The position numbers were made by a program, and so were the translations under genes. Source: Verrucomicrobiota bacterium (GTDB taxonomy: Bacteria; Verrucomicrobiota; Verrucomicrobiia; Limisphaerales; JBBRPK01). From it: DNA of 64,000 nucleotides. Positions 25,122 to 35,105 of this stretch are shown in pieces (position 1 is the stretch's first letter; each line of letters starts with the position of its first letter). The notes beneath the pieces were generated by a model that saw only the letters and a list, made by a program, of their open reading frames with translations, was not told the origin of the DNA and did no database searches. The DNA is taken from contig JBBRPK010000010.1 in the NCBI GenBank assembly GCA_038228235.1, forward strand, positions 4,551-68,550. The letters run 5' to 3'.

Positions 25122-27275
25122 TCACTTGCCGGTGGAGGTAAGGCTTCTGTTGGAAGCCTTGGCTGGGCCAGCGGACGCCTTCTCCAGCGCCTCAAGCACA
25201 ATTCCAGGAGTCAGAATGGTCGGCAAAACAATGGGCTGCTCCTGGGGGTCCTTTGGGTACACCAAAACGAGAGGCACCCCAGCCCGGTTATACTTCTTCA
25301 ATTCCGCAGCGATCCGTTCGTCGCCATCAGAAAAATCTCCCAGCAAGGCCACGGCATTAATCTCCTTCAGCTTCGAGCGGGTGGAGGGGATTTCCAGGCT
25401 CGTCCGCTTATTGACCTGGCAATTCAAGCAATTGTCCGCTGTGAAATCCACCAGCACGGGACGGGCTTCAGCGCGGGCCCTAACGATCGCTTCAGGGCTC
25501 CATTTTTGCCAGTCGATCCCGTCGGGGCTGTCTCGCAAGGCTTCATCCGTTCCCCTGACCACTTTAGTTCGCCAATGCAATTGCGATTCCAACAGACCGA
25601 AATAACCCGCGCCGAGCAATGCCAGACCGATGGCGAGAGCCAAACCTCGGCGGCTCCTGCCACGCTGCACAAATTCTCCCCAGACCCATGCGGCCATCGC
25701 CAGCACTACGAGAAAAAGACCCAGCCAAAGCACGCCGCTCTTTCCAAAACGTGGTGCTGTGAACCAGAACAACCAAACCGCAGTCGCCAGCATGGGGAAG
25801 CCCATCGCCACCTTGAATTTTTCCATCCACGCCCCCGGTCTTGGCAGCACCTTGAGCCAACCCGGCTGAAAACATAATATGACAAACGGAGCTGCCAGGC
25901 CCAGGCCGGTCGCCAGAAAAACGAGCAGCGTGATCAGCGGCGGCTGCGTGAACGCAAAAGCGATCGCCACACTCAAAAATGGGGCCGTGCAGGGAGTAGC
26001 GAGGATGGTTGCAAGCACGCCGTTGAAAAAGGCTCCGGAGACTCCTTCCTTTGCCGCCAAATCACCGGCGGTCCCCAGAACCCGCCCGCTGAGAGTGATC
26101 TCGAATAGGCCGAACAAATTCAGAGCCACCAGCGTGACGACGACAGTCAGCACCACTCGGAAGGGTTGGTTTTGCAAAATCATTCCCCAACTCGCCAGTC
26201 CCCCGGCCTTCTGCGCCCCGATGGCCAGTCCAGCTAAAACGGCAAACGAAACCAGCACTCCCAATCCATAAACGACGCCAAGGGTCCGGACTTGCGCCGG
26301 GCTTTCCTTGCTCTGATTTACGAAGCTCAGAATTTTTAAGGCAATCACCGGCAGAACGCAGGGCATGATGTTCAGGATCAGTCCTCCTAGAAATGCGAAG
26401 CCGAGCATCGCCCAGAGCGAACGCGGAACGGCCGGCGAGCCCACTTCCCCTTCGGGAGCAACGGCCAGGCTGGCTTCAAACGCCTGGAGTGACTTTCCCT
26501 TTTGCGCGAGCAACCCGGCGATTTCCTTCGGCCAATTGCCCTCGTCCGGTTTTTCCACCAGCTTGCGCAAGCGGACCTTCCCGGGGCCGGCCTCGAGCAC
26601 TTCGGTTTCGCCTTTAACCGAAAAATTTTCAGTGAGATAGGGATAAAAGTCCGGGTTTTTCACATCGGCAGGGGGCGACCATTCGATGAGCAATGGGCGG
26701 GTGTTGGTCTTGGCTGCATTTTCCCACAAGGCGCGGGTGGCCAAGCCTGGATTTTGCCGAGGAATTCGCTTTTGCCAGTCTTCTATCAGAGATGCGTTCG
26801 TAGAGGGTTTCGATTCCGACCCGATGGTCAAATTAGCTTGGACATTGCCTTTGCCGGGAACGCAGAGTTCCTCGCACTCAAGCCATGAAACCACCGCTTT
26901 TAGTTCCAAAGGCCCCTGTGCCAGGGCGCCGGCCAATTGGAGGGGAACGAGCAACAGAACCTGATCATGATAGATGTAGGTCGTGAAGCCCGCCACCGTG
27001 AGTTTTTCCGGAGGTGGCCATTGGATTTCGCCCGGTGTCACGCCTGGAGGAAGCTGCCATTCGATTTTGGTGCGCTCGCCAGAATCGCCTGGATTTCGCC
27101 AGTAAGTGTGCCATCGCGGGGCCATGCGCAATTGAATGGCCGCCATAACGGTTTCCCCGGCCACCGCCGTTTCCTTCGACAACAGCAATCGTGCCGTCGT
27201 CTTCCCGGCTGCCTGAACGGTCAAGCCGCTGGCGATCAAACAAACGAACCCAACCAGTAAAAAAGCCCTTCGCAT
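25122..27275 (-). CDS. dsbD: DsbD-family thiol:disulfide interchange protein (N-terminal DsbD-alpha-like domain, CcdA-type membrane core, C-terminal thioredoxin)
   Basis: Signal peptide MRRAFLLVGFVCLIASGLTVQA. Membrane core with NIMPCVLPV and TPCTAPF cysteine motifs. C-terminal thioredoxin CLNC (VDFTADNCLNCQVN). Confidence 0.85.
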   Translation of the reverse strand: MRRAFLLVGFVCLIASGLTVQAAGKTTARLLLSKETAVAGETVMAAIQLRMAPRWHTYWRNPGDSGERTKIEWQLPPGVTPGEIQWPPPEKLTVAGFTTYIYHDQVLLLVPLQLAGALAQGPLELKAVVSWLECEELCVPGKGNVQANLTIGSESKPSTNASLIEDWQKRIPRQNPGLATRALWENAAKTNTRPLLIEWSPPADVKNPDFYPYLTENFSVKGETEVLEAGPGKVRLRKLVEKPDEGNWPKEIAGLLAQKGKSLQAFEASLAVAPEGEVGSPAVPRSLWAMLGFAFLGGLILNIMPCVLPVIALKILSFVNQSKESPAQVRTLGVVYGLGVLVSFAVLAGLAIGAQKAGGLASWGMILQNQPFRVVLTVVVTLVALNLFGLFEITLSGRVLGTAGDLAAKEGVSGAFFNGVLATILATPCTAPFLSVAIAFAFTQPPLITLLVFLATGLGLAAPFVILCFQPGWLKVLPRPGAWMEKFKVAMGFPMLATAVWLFWFTAPRFGKSGVLWLGLFLVVLAMAAWVWGEFVQRGRSRRGLALAIGLALLGAGYFGLLESQLHWRTKVVRGTDEALRDSPDGIDWQKWSPEAIVRARAEARPVLVDFTADNCLNCQVNKRTSLEIPSTRSKLKEINAVALLGDFSDGDERIAAELKKYNRAGVPLVLVYPKDPQEQPIVLPTILTPGIVLEALEKASAGPAKASNRSLTSTGK

Positions 27276-27364
27276 ACCGAGATAGACTTACCAGATTTTG
27301 GGAGCTTTTGACACAAGTTTTATTTCTTCGTGTCTAGGGGGGTGATTGCTGGCAGACTGGCGGG

Positions 27365-29353
27365 ATGAGCGCCATCGACGATCTGTTATCCGCGGCGAGC
27401 GAGAAGATTTACGATATCAAAACCACGTCGCCCGGCCCCATCGGGAGTTTGCCGTTGACGGAGGAACTGTTGTTGAACAGCCCCAGCGGTGATCTGTTTG
27501 GTCTCACCCAAAATGCGGGCATGGGGTGGACGCCCAGTGAATTGGGCCGCAAACAATTTCTCATCCTGAGCACGCAAGGCGGTTTGCGCGCGCCGGATGG
27601 CAAACCTGTGGCACTCGGCTATCACACCGGCCATTGGGAAATCGGCCTTCTCGTAGAAGCGGCGGCGCTCGAACTGCGCCGCCTCGGGACCATCCCCTTT
27701 TCCGCCTACTGCTCGGACCCATGCGATGGGCGCACCCAAGGCACACCAGGAATGTTCGATAGCCTGCCGTATCGGAACGACGCGGCCGTGATATTTCGGC
27801 GCCTCATCCGCTCCCTGCCCCAGCGCGCCGGAGTGATCGGTGTGGCGACGTGCGATAAAGGATTGCCGGCCATGATGATGGCTCTGGCGGGAATGAAGAA
27901 CCTCCCGAGCGTGCTCGTGCCGGGCGGGGTCACGCTCCCGCCCGCGCAGGGGGAAGACGCCGGCATGATTCAAACCATTGGCGCACGGTTCGCGCACGGA
28001 TTGCTCTCGTTGCAGGAAGCGGCTGATTTGGGATGCCGCGCCTGCGCTTCGCCCGGGGGCGGATGCCAGTTTTTGGGCACGGCGGCGACTTCGCAAGTAG
28101 TTGGCGAAGCGCTCGGGATGTCGTTGCCCCATTCGGCGCTGGCGCCTTCCGGTCAGCCCGTTTGGACGGATATGGCAGTGCGATCCGCGCGGGCTGTTTG
28201 CGCCTTGGAGCAAAAGAGGCTGGCCATGAAAGACATTCTCGCGCCCGCCAGCATTCGAAATGCGATGGCTGTCCACGCCGCCGTGGGCGGCTCGACGAAT
28301 CTTTTGCTGCACGTCCCAGCCATTGCCCATGCAGCCGGGCTCCGCCGTCCCAACGTGGAGGATTGGATCGCGGTCAACCGTCAGGTGCCGCGGCTGGTCG
28401 ATGTTCTTCCTAACGGTCCGACGCACCACCCAACGGTGCGCGTTTTTCTCGCTGGCGGGGTCCCCGAAATAATGTTGCGCCTGCGGCGAATGGGCGCGCT
28501 GGACACGGGGGTGCTGACGGTGACGGGCCAAACACTCGAAGAAAATCTCAAGTGGTGGGAAGGCTGCGAACGTCGCCGGCGTTTCCGCGACATTCTTCGC
28601 GCGGCAGACGGAGTGGATCCGGAGGACGTGATTATGTCACCCGAAGGGGCGAAATCCCGCGGTTTGACTAACACTCTTACTTTTCCAAGAGGCAATCTGG
28701 CGCCGGAAGGCTCGGTGATTAAAAGCACGGCCATCGATCCCGCCATTGTCCAACCCGATGGAGTCTATCGCAAGGAAGGACCTGCCCGCATTTTCATCAG
28801 CGAGAAAGCGGCCATCGCCGCAATTAAAAAAGGGCGAATTCAGGCTGAGGACGTTCTCGTGCTGGCCGGTTGCGGCCCCCTGGGGACCGGCATGGAGGAA
28901 ACTTATCAACTCACCTCGGCCCTAAAGCATCTTCCCTTCGGCAAACATGTCGCGCTTCTCACCGACGCGCGCTTCTCCGGCGTATCGACCGGGGCCTGCA
29001 TCGGACACATTGGGCCGGAAGCGCTGGCCGGCGGTCCCATTGGAAAACTGCGCGAAGGGGACTGGATTCGAATCGTGATCGATCGGCAGAGGCTGGAAGG
29101 CAGCGTTGACTTTATCGGGGAGGGCGGGAGAAGATTCAGCCCTGAGGAAGGGGCGGAAATTCTCTCGCGACGAGCCTCCCGCGATGACCTTGCCCCCGCT
29201 GCCCAACTGCCCGAGGACACGAGACTATGGGCCGCGCTCCAGCAAGCTGGTGGCGGCGCATGGGGCGGTTGTGTTTATGACACGGATGCCATTCTGCAGC
29301 GACTGGCCGCGGGGGCGGAGGTCGTCGGAGGCAGGGCCAGTTTCGAGCTTTAA
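27365..29353 (+). CDS. YjhG/YagF-family D-xylonate (pentonate) dehydratase, IlvD/Edd superfamily
   Basis: Near-collinear similarity to recalled E. coli YjhG: [90 protein letters not shown]. Confidence 0.9.
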   Translation: MSAIDDLLSAASEKIYDIKTTSPGPIGSLPLTEELLLNSPSGDLFGLTQNAGMGWTPSELGRKQFLILSTQGGLRAPDGKPVALGYHTGHWEIGLLVEAAALELRRLGTIPFSAYCSDPCDGRTQGTPGMFDSLPYRNDAAVIFRRLIRSLPQRAGVIGVATCDKGLPAMMMALAGMKNLPSVLVPGGVTLPPAQGEDAGMIQTIGARFAHGLLSLQEAADLGCRACASPGGGCQFLGTAATSQVVGEALGMSLPHSALAPSGQPVWTDMAVRSARAVCALEQKRLAMKDILAPASIRNAMAVHAAVGGSTNLLLHVPAIAHAAGLRRPNVEDWIAVNRQVPRLVDVLPNGPTHHPTVRVFLAGGVPEIMLRLRRMGALDTGVLTVTGQTLEENLKWWEGCERRRRFRDILRAADGVDPEDVIMSPEGAKSRGLTNTLTFPRGNLAPEGSVIKSTAIDPAIVQPDGVYRKEGPARIFISEKAAIAAIKKGRIQAEDVLVLAGCGPLGTGMEETYQLTSALKHLPFGKHVALLTDARFSGVSTGACIGHIGPEALAGGPIGKLREGDWIRIVIDRQRLEGSVDFIGEGGRRFSPEEGAEILSRRASRDDLAPAAQLPEDTRLWAALQQAGGGAWGGCVYDTDAILQRLAAGAEVVGGRASFEL

Positions 29354-29449
29354 ATCCCTGAATCCTCCCCGTGCTTCTCCCTCTCCTCGGTGCCCTGGGG
29401 ACGGTTAGCCACCATTACATATCTGTAATACTGGAGAAAGTCTCATGTC

Positions 29450-31021
29450 ATGCGGGCGCATCATGTTAAAGACGATATGAATAATGAAACAACGACTTCA
29501 ATTATGAAAAAATGGATTCTTAGACTCGCTCCGCCTGTTCGCGTCGCGCTCCTGGTGGGAACGCTCGCGGCGGCGGGAGTTTCGGGCCTGGCGTGGATGC
29601 ATCCATCGCAGGCGACAGAGGCCGCAGCCCCCGTCCGTTTAAACGTCATCGACCAACCAGTGTCGCGCGAGGGAAGGGGCGGGACCAGTTTTGCGCCCGT
29701 GGTCAAAAAAGTCGCTCCCAGCGTGGTGAAGGTTTTCGTCACGACCAAAGGGAAAAATATTCCCAGCGCGGACATACCACCCTTGGATGATCCGTTTTTC
29801 CGCCGCTTCTTCGGAGAGGATTCCAGCCGGGGTGGAAGGCGAAACTTTCCCACCCCCAAAGAGCACGGACTAGGCTCGGGCGTGATCGTCACCAAGGACG
29901 GTTATATCCTGACCAATAACCATGTGGTGGAGAACGCGGATGAGGTCAAAGTGGCGTTGAACGACGGTCGCGAACTCATCGGCAAGATCGTCGGCAAGGA
30001 TCCGAAATCCGACGTCGCCGTGTTAAAAGTGGATGCCAAGGATCTGCCGGCAATAGATTTGGCCGACAGCGACAAGATAGAAGTGGGAGACCTCGTGCTC
30101 GCCATTGGCAACCCATTCGGAGTGGGCCAAACGGTGACAATGGGGATTGTCAGCGCCAAGGACCGCGGCAATCTGGGTCTTGATTATGAGGACTTCATTC
30201 AAACGGATGCCGCCATCAATCCGGGAAACTCCGGCGGTGCGCTCATCGATGCCGATGGGCGTCTGATTGGGATCAACACCGCCATCCTCACCCGCAGCGG
30301 GGGCAACCAGGGCATCGGTTTTGCCGTGCCGTCGAACATTGCGCGCAACGTTATGGAGGGCTTGGTCAGGAATGGCCGCGTCGTGCGAGGTTTTCTCGGC
30401 ATTAATATCCAGGATCTCACTTCCGCGCTAGCCAAGGAGTTTGATTTAAAGAACACCTCTGGCGTGGTGGTTTCAGACGTGGTGCCGAAGAGCCCGGCGG
30501 AAAAAGCCGGCCTGAAAAACGGAGACGTAATAACCGAGTTCAATGACAAGGCAGTTCGCGATAGCCGTCACCTGAGACTCCAGGTTTCCCAGATCGCCCC
30601 GGGCACCAAAACCTCCGTCAAGATACTGCGCGATGGCAAGGCGCGGACCCTTGACGTGGTGGTGAAGGAGCTTCCCAGCACGGATGTGGCGTCATCAGAA
30701 CACAAAAACCAGGACGCCTCCGGCAGTGATTCTCTCAATGGGGTCGCAGTGACAGATATCGACAATGGAGCGCGCCACGAGCTTGGTTTGCCAGCAAACG
30801 TCAAAGGCGCGCTGGTGACAGATGTAACCCCGGATTCTGCCGCTCATGAGGCGGGCCTGCGTTCTGGCGATGTCATTCAGGAAATCAACCGCAAACCCGT
30901 CACCAGCGCGGATGATGCCGTCAAGCTCACGGATAACGTGAAGGACAAAAAACTTCTGCTTCGCGTGTGGAGCAAAGGAGGAAGCCATTATGTCGTAGTG
31001 GACGAGTCCAAAGCCGGCTAA
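29450..31021 (+). CDS. htrA: HtrA/DegP/DegQ-family periplasmic serine endoprotease with two PDZ domains
   Basis: GSGVIVTKDGYILTNNHVV (His), DVAVLKV (Asp) and NPGNSGGALID (Ser) form the catalytic triad, followed by two PDZ-like segments. The start is uncertain: ATG at 29450, 29477 or 29504 (MKKWILRLAPP.. signal-like). Confidence 0.9.
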   Translation: MRAHHVKDDMNNETTTSIMKKWILRLAPPVRVALLVGTLAAAGVSGLAWMHPSQATEAAAPVRLNVIDQPVSREGRGGTSFAPVVKKVAPSVVKVFVTTKGKNIPSADIPPLDDPFFRRFFGEDSSRGGRRNFPTPKEHGLGSGVIVTKDGYILTNNHVVENADEVKVALNDGRELIGKIVGKDPKSDVAVLKVDAKDLPAIDLADSDKIEVGDLVLAIGNPFGVGQTVTMGIVSAKDRGNLGLDYEDFIQTDAAINPGNSGGALIDADGRLIGINTAILTRSGGNQGIGFAVPSNIARNVMEGLVRNGRVVRGFLGINIQDLTSALAKEFDLKNTSGVVVSDVVPKSPAEKAGLKNGDVITEFNDKAVRDSRHLRLQVSQIAPGTKTSVKILRDGKARTLDVVVKELPSTDVASSEHKNQDASGSDSLNGVAVTDIDNGARHELGLPANVKGALVTDVTPDSAAHEAGLRSGDVIQEINRKPVTSADDAVKLTDNVKDKKLLLRVWSKGGSHYVVVDESKAG

Positions 31022-31206
31022 GGGTAACATGAACGCAAAACGACCCCGAAACAGGAACCTTGCAATTGACGTTGAAAATATGAGAACTCGCGCTCAACAA
31101 CATGAGTCTAGCGCTCCAACGCCAGCGGGGCGACTGTTTCGGGGAAGTTCCACCCTGGCCCTCATCGGGGTGACCCCTTTTCCTCTATCCCTTCCCATGC
31201 GTTCGC

Positions 31207-31281
31207 GGAAGGACGAGTTCCACGAGTCCCTGAAGATGCCGGGGCCAAGGGATTCGAGGGACTCGTGGAACTCGTCCTTCC
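31207..31281. repeat. Long-hairpin repeat, family B, copy 1
   Basis: 24-nt arms GGAAGGACGAGTTCCACGAGTCCC / GGGACTCGTGGAACTCGTCCTTCC are perfectly complementary around a 27-nt loop. Other copies lie at 39694-39882 and 55507-55569. Confidence 0.85.
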
Positions 31282-31575
31282 TCTTCATAGGGGAGAAGCG
31301 AGGGATGAGGGGCATCGGAGCAACGCGGGAGCGAACCCGGAACAAAATGCGCCGATGCCAGGACAAGCCATCAGAGGGCCGCAGTTCTCCAAAACGTGCC
31401 AAGGGCGGTTCTTCTATTCCCCTCCAGTGGAAGAAGGGCGAAGGCGAAGGCTCCGTTCGCCTGAATAATGGGGTGGAGCCAGGGTTCGAGTGAAACCCCC
31501 GCAGAATCTAACGACCGTTTGCGGAGGCCCGCTATTGTATTTCGCGCCAGGAGCTTTACTGTGAATCCAGACACG

Positions 31576-32250
31576 ATGCGACTCTTGGTGGTGGAAGATG
31601 ACAAGAAGATTGCCTCTTTCGTGGTGCAGGGTTTCAAGCAGAACGGATTTGCGGTGGACCATTGCCTCGACGGGGAGGAGGCGCTCCTGATGGCGCGCTC
31701 GGTTCCGTACGACGCGGCCGTCGTGGACCTCATGTTGCCGAAGCTCGATGGCTTGAGTCTCGTCCAAACTTTACGGCGCGAAAAAATGCAACTCCCCGTG
31801 CTCATCCTCAGCGCCAAAGCCACCGTCGATGATCGGGTTAGGGGCCTCCAGGCTGGAGGCGATGATTATCTCGTAAAACCGTTCGCATTCTCTGAATTGC
31901 TGGCGCGGCTACAGGCGCTGATTCGCCGCGCGACTCATGCGTCCGAACCGACCAGGCTGACCGTTGGCGACCTCACACTGGATTTGCTTAACCGGGAAGT
32001 CATTCGTAATGGCCGGGTCGTCGAGTTGCAGGCCCGCGAGTTTTCGTTGCTGGAATTTCTGATGCGCCATGCAGGCCGGGTTGTGACCAAAACCATGATT
32101 TTGGAGCATGTGTGGGATTACAGCTTCGATCCCCAGACCAACGTGGTGGACGTGCTCGTCTGCCGCTTGCGCAACAAGGTGGACAAAGATTTTCCCAAGA
32201 AAATGATCCAGACGTTGCGGGGGGTTGGCTATGTCATCAAACCTGCTTAG
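31576..32250 (+). CDS. OmpR-family response regulator, CusR/CopR-like (heavy-metal type)
   Basis: [73 protein letters not shown]...LR.K.D is close to recalled E. coli CusR. The ATG at 31576 is preferred to the ORF-track start at 31468. Confidence 0.9.
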   Translation: MRLLVVEDDKKIASFVVQGFKQNGFAVDHCLDGEEALLMARSVPYDAAVVDLMLPKLDGLSLVQTLRREKMQLPVLILSAKATVDDRVRGLQAGGDDYLVKPFAFSELLARLQALIRRATHASEPTRLTVGDLTLDLLNREVIRNGRVVELQAREFSLLEFLMRHAGRVVTKTMILEHVWDYSFDPQTNVVDVLVCRLRNKVDKDFPKKMIQTLRGVGYVIKPA

Positions 32251-33622
32251 ACGGTTGGGGCGCAACTTCAGCGTCCGGCTGAGCCTCTGGTACACCTCCA
32301 TTTTTACCCTGAGCGCGGCAGTGTTGTTCCTCCTTGTTTATCTGCTGCTGGCTTCGGCGTTGCAGCGCAAAGACCGTGAAGTGATCGAATCTCACCTCAA
32401 AGAATACTCGGCCCTTTACCAGAGTGGCGGCGTCGGGGCGCTGAGGAGTTGGATTGCGCGCAGCGGCGAGGCGCGAAAGGAAAAATCTCTTTTCGTGCGA
32501 GTGGTCGGGCCTTTCAACAATGTTCTATTCCTCACCGCGCCCGAAGATTGGATTCAATTTGAGCCACCTACGCTGGAATTCGGACTGCCGCGCGGCGTCG
32601 TTTGGGTCCGAATCCCCAAAGACGAGGAGCGCGACTTCACTCTGGCCGCCAGGCGGTTTTCCGACGGCTCGATTTTGCAGGTGGGCCGCAGCACCAACAG
32701 CCGGGAGATGATCCTGCAACCGTTTCGGAGGAACTTCCTGGCCGTCACCATCCCCATCCTGTTGTTGGGATTCATTGGCGGGGTGCTTTTTGCGTATCGG
32801 GCCATGCAACCCATGCGGGAAATCGTCTCCACGGCGCAATCGATCATCGACACCGGCGATCTCAGCCGGCGCGTTCCCCTGCGCGCCTCGGAGGACGAGT
32901 TGGATCAGTTGGCCCGGTTGTTTAACCGCATGCTGGAAAAAAACCAATCCCTCATCAAGAGCATGCGCGAGTCCCTCGATAACGTTGCCCATGACCTCCG
33001 CACTCCCCTCGCCAGGATGCGAGGCTCGGCCGAAATGGCTCTCCGCTCCCCCCCAGACAGCGCGCAACTGAAAGAAGCCCTCGCTGACTGTGTCGAAGAA
33101 TCGGAACGCGTGCTGACTATTCTGAGGACCCTGATGGATGTCGCTGAAGCGGAATCCGGCGCCATCAATCTCTCCCTGCAGAAGTTGGACGTGTGCTCTT
33201 TGGTTCGTGAGGTGGTGGACGTTTATGCGGGAGTCGCGGAGGAAAAAAAGATCAGCATCACGACCGATTTCGCGGCCCCTTGCGAAGCGGTGGTGGATCC
33301 GGCGCGCATCCGACAGGTCTTTGCAAACCTTCTCGATAACGCCCTTAAGTACACCAACGAAGGGGGGCAGATAAACATCCAGGGCGCCCATGACACCTCC
33401 GAAGTCACCCTTAAATTCCGCGACACCGGAATGGGGATTCCGGCGGAGGAACAAGATAGAATTTGGGACCGTCTTTACCGTGGCGACAAAAGCCGCTCCC
33501 AGCGCGGCCTCGGATTGGGACTCAGTCTTGTGAAAGCCTTCGTGCAAGCACACCATGGACGCGTGGAAGTCGCCAGCCAGGTTGGGCAAGGCTCCGAATT
33601 CACCGTCCACTTGCCCGCCTGA
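32225..33622 (+). CDS. Sensor histidine kinase (two TM segments, HAMP, HisKA, HATPase_c), CusS-like partner
   Basis: H-box [12 protein letters not shown]-box [10 protein letters not shown] and G-boxes DTGMGIP / GLGLGLSLV are present. It overlaps the regulator gene's 3' end. Confidence 0.9.
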   Translation: MAMSSNLLRRLGRNFSVRLSLWYTSIFTLSAAVLFLLVYLLLASALQRKDREVIESHLKEYSALYQSGGVGALRSWIARSGEARKEKSLFVRVVGPFNNVLFLTAPEDWIQFEPPTLEFGLPRGVVWVRIPKDEERDFTLAARRFSDGSILQVGRSTNSREMILQPFRRNFLAVTIPILLLGFIGGVLFAYRAMQPMREIVSTAQSIIDTGDLSRRVPLRASEDELDQLARLFNRMLEKNQSLIKSMRESLDNVAHDLRTPLARMRGSAEMALRSPPDSAQLKEALADCVEESERVLTILRTLMDVAEAESGAINLSLQKLDVCSLVREVVDVYAGVAEEKKISITTDFAAPCEAVVDPARIRQVFANLLDNALKYTNEGGQINIQGAHDTSEVTLKFRDTGMGIPAEEQDRIWDRLYRGDKSRSQRGLGLGLSLVKAFVQAHHGRVEVASQVGQGSEFTVHLPA

Positions 33623-33754
33623 TCTCCCGGACCTGGCCAGAAGTCCGCACGCCGCCGCTTGCGGCTTCATCATGGCTGAAGATCTGTCATACCTATTGAA
33701 TGAGATGGTTGTTGGCTATTGCATTTTTGGCTGGCAGAACCACAATTAGGTGGC

Positions 33755-34654
33755 ATGATAATTTTGCGGCTTTTGTGGTTGGCACCGCTCCCCGGTTTCT
33801 TCGTATCCTGCTGCTGCCACCCCCCCCACCTGCTACCCTCCCCTTCTGCATCATCTGCGACGGGGTTTCGAACATTTTTGGTGAAAGGAATTGTCAAAGA
33901 ACTGAAGCCGGACGAACAGACAGCAATCATTCAACATGAGACGATTTCAAATTATATGGTCTCAATGACTATGCCCTTCAAAGTTAAGAATCCCGCAGAG
34001 CTGAGGGGCTTGCAAACCGGGGACGAAATATCCTTTCGACTGTTGGTTGCAGAAGAGCAAAGTTGGATTGATCGCATTTGCCGAACGGCTCGAAAAACGC
34101 TGCCCTTCCCGCAATCCAATCTCACAACCTCTAGCCAGGGACCGCCGGTTGCGGACCATCATCCCCTCCTTGATTACCAGTTTACCAACGAGTTAGGGCA
34201 GGCCGTAAGCTTGAGCCGGTTTAAAGGTCAGGCTCTGGCGATCACTTTTTTCTTCACTCGATGCCCCATTCCAGACTATTGCCCCCGTTTATCCAAAAAC
34301 TTTGAGGAAGCCTCGAAAAAACTGGCTTCTTTGCCTGATGCTCCGGCCAATTGGCACTTTTTGTCCGTGTCCTTCGACACCGACTTCGATTCGCCGGCGG
34401 TGCTCAAGGCCTACGCGGAGAGGTATCACTATGACCCAAAGCACTGGAGCTTTTTGACTGGGCCGCGGGAGAAGATCGCCGAACTGGCCCGGCTTTCGGA
34501 AGTGACGATTGAATCCGAAGGCGCATTCTTCAATCACAGTTTTCGCACGCTTATAATCGATGCCGCCGGACAGTTGCAGATGAGCTTCCCCATTGGAGGA
34601 AATCTGTCCGATGCCCTGGTGGCAGAAATTTTGAAGGCCGCCGCCAGCAAGTGA
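33755..34654 (+). CDS. Lipoprotein fusing a CusF-like Cu(I)-binding domain to a SCO1/SenC copper chaperone domain
   Basis: Lipobox-like LPGFFVSCC. The CusF-like part is GIVKEL..IIQHETISNYMVSMTMPFKV. The SCO1 part is FFFTRCPIPDYCP (CxxxC) ..HSF. The ATG at 33755 is preferred over 33719. Confidence 0.8.
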   Translation: MIILRLLWLAPLPGFFVSCCCHPPHLLPSPSASSATGFRTFLVKGIVKELKPDEQTAIIQHETISNYMVSMTMPFKVKNPAELRGLQTGDEISFRLLVAEEQSWIDRICRTARKTLPFPQSNLTTSSQGPPVADHHPLLDYQFTNELGQAVSLSRFKGQALAITFFFTRCPIPDYCPRLSKNFEEASKKLASLPDAPANWHFLSVSFDTDFDSPAVLKAYAERYHYDPKHWSFLTGPREKIAELARLSEVTIESEGAFFNHSFRTLIIDAAGQLQMSFPIGGNLSDALVAEILKAAASK

Positions 34655-34835
34655 GGAAAGACTTCGCAAATCTCGAGGTCCGGATCGAATTGTCGAGGCA
34701 CGTCGTGTCACACCCTGCTTGAGCGCCGCTTCAACGGGGGGGGTCGTTGTTCCAAGCGTGAGATCAAAAACCGTTGAAACAGTGTATGCGCCTAGCGCGA
34801 GACACTACTGCGCGACGCGACGTTTTTGAAAGTAA

Positions 34836-34925
34836 GCGGATTGCCAATCCGCGATACAGCCGACTGCCAGTCGGCGTTACCGACGAAACTGTAGCGCAGA
34901 TTGGTAATCGGCCGTATCGCCGATT
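34836..34925. repeat. Cluster of short perfect hairpins / ~27-bp direct repeat pair
   Basis: GCGGATTGCCAATCCGC (34836-34852), CCGACTGCCAGTCGG (34860-34874) and AATCGGCCGTATCGCCGATT (34906-34925). The units GATTGCCAATCCGCGATACAGCCGA and GATTGGTAATCGGCCGTATCGCCGA are related. Confidence 0.6.
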
Positions 34926-34992
34926 GTTTATCGGCGAAGCGATGGGCGGTGTGAAAAAGACTGGCCCAAGGAAGGGCGGGGGTTAGTGAAGC

Positions 34993-35105
34993 TAGCCTGT
35001 GTTAAAAATTATGGGTTCGCCGAGTGAGGGCACGCCCGCCTACACGAAATGGCTTGAAACCGGACTGCTCTGCAGGCGGGTCCCCGACCCGGGGATTTTT
35101 CACAG
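34993..35105. mobile_element. Degenerate MITE-like element related to family C (and to the family A termini)
   Basis: Left end TAGCCTGTGTTAAAAATT. The internal GAGGGCACGCCCGCCTACACGAAATGGC..GCAGGCGGGTCCCCGACCCGGGGATTTTT aligns with 39770-39840 of the family C copy. The right terminus is eroded and overlaps the stop of the aminotransferase gene. Confidence 0.55.

Noticed and set aside
24939-25877. 312-aa plus-strand ORF
   Set aside because: It is antisense to the DsbD gene and spans REP D3. It has low-complexity composition.
27386-28531. 381-aa minus-strand ORF
   Set aside because: It is antisense to the YjhG-type dehydratase, whose identity is very strong.
31029-31493. 154-aa ORF (and 31094..31402 -) in the spacer upstream of the response regulator
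   Set aside because: Both read through the family B hairpin. The motif KDEFHESL / RDSWNSSF recurs wherever the repeat occurs, e.g. in 39848..40186. These are repeat-derived pseudo-ORFs.
32525-33673. 382-aa minus-strand ORF
   Set aside because: It is antisense to the histidine kinase gene, which has clear H, N and G boxes.
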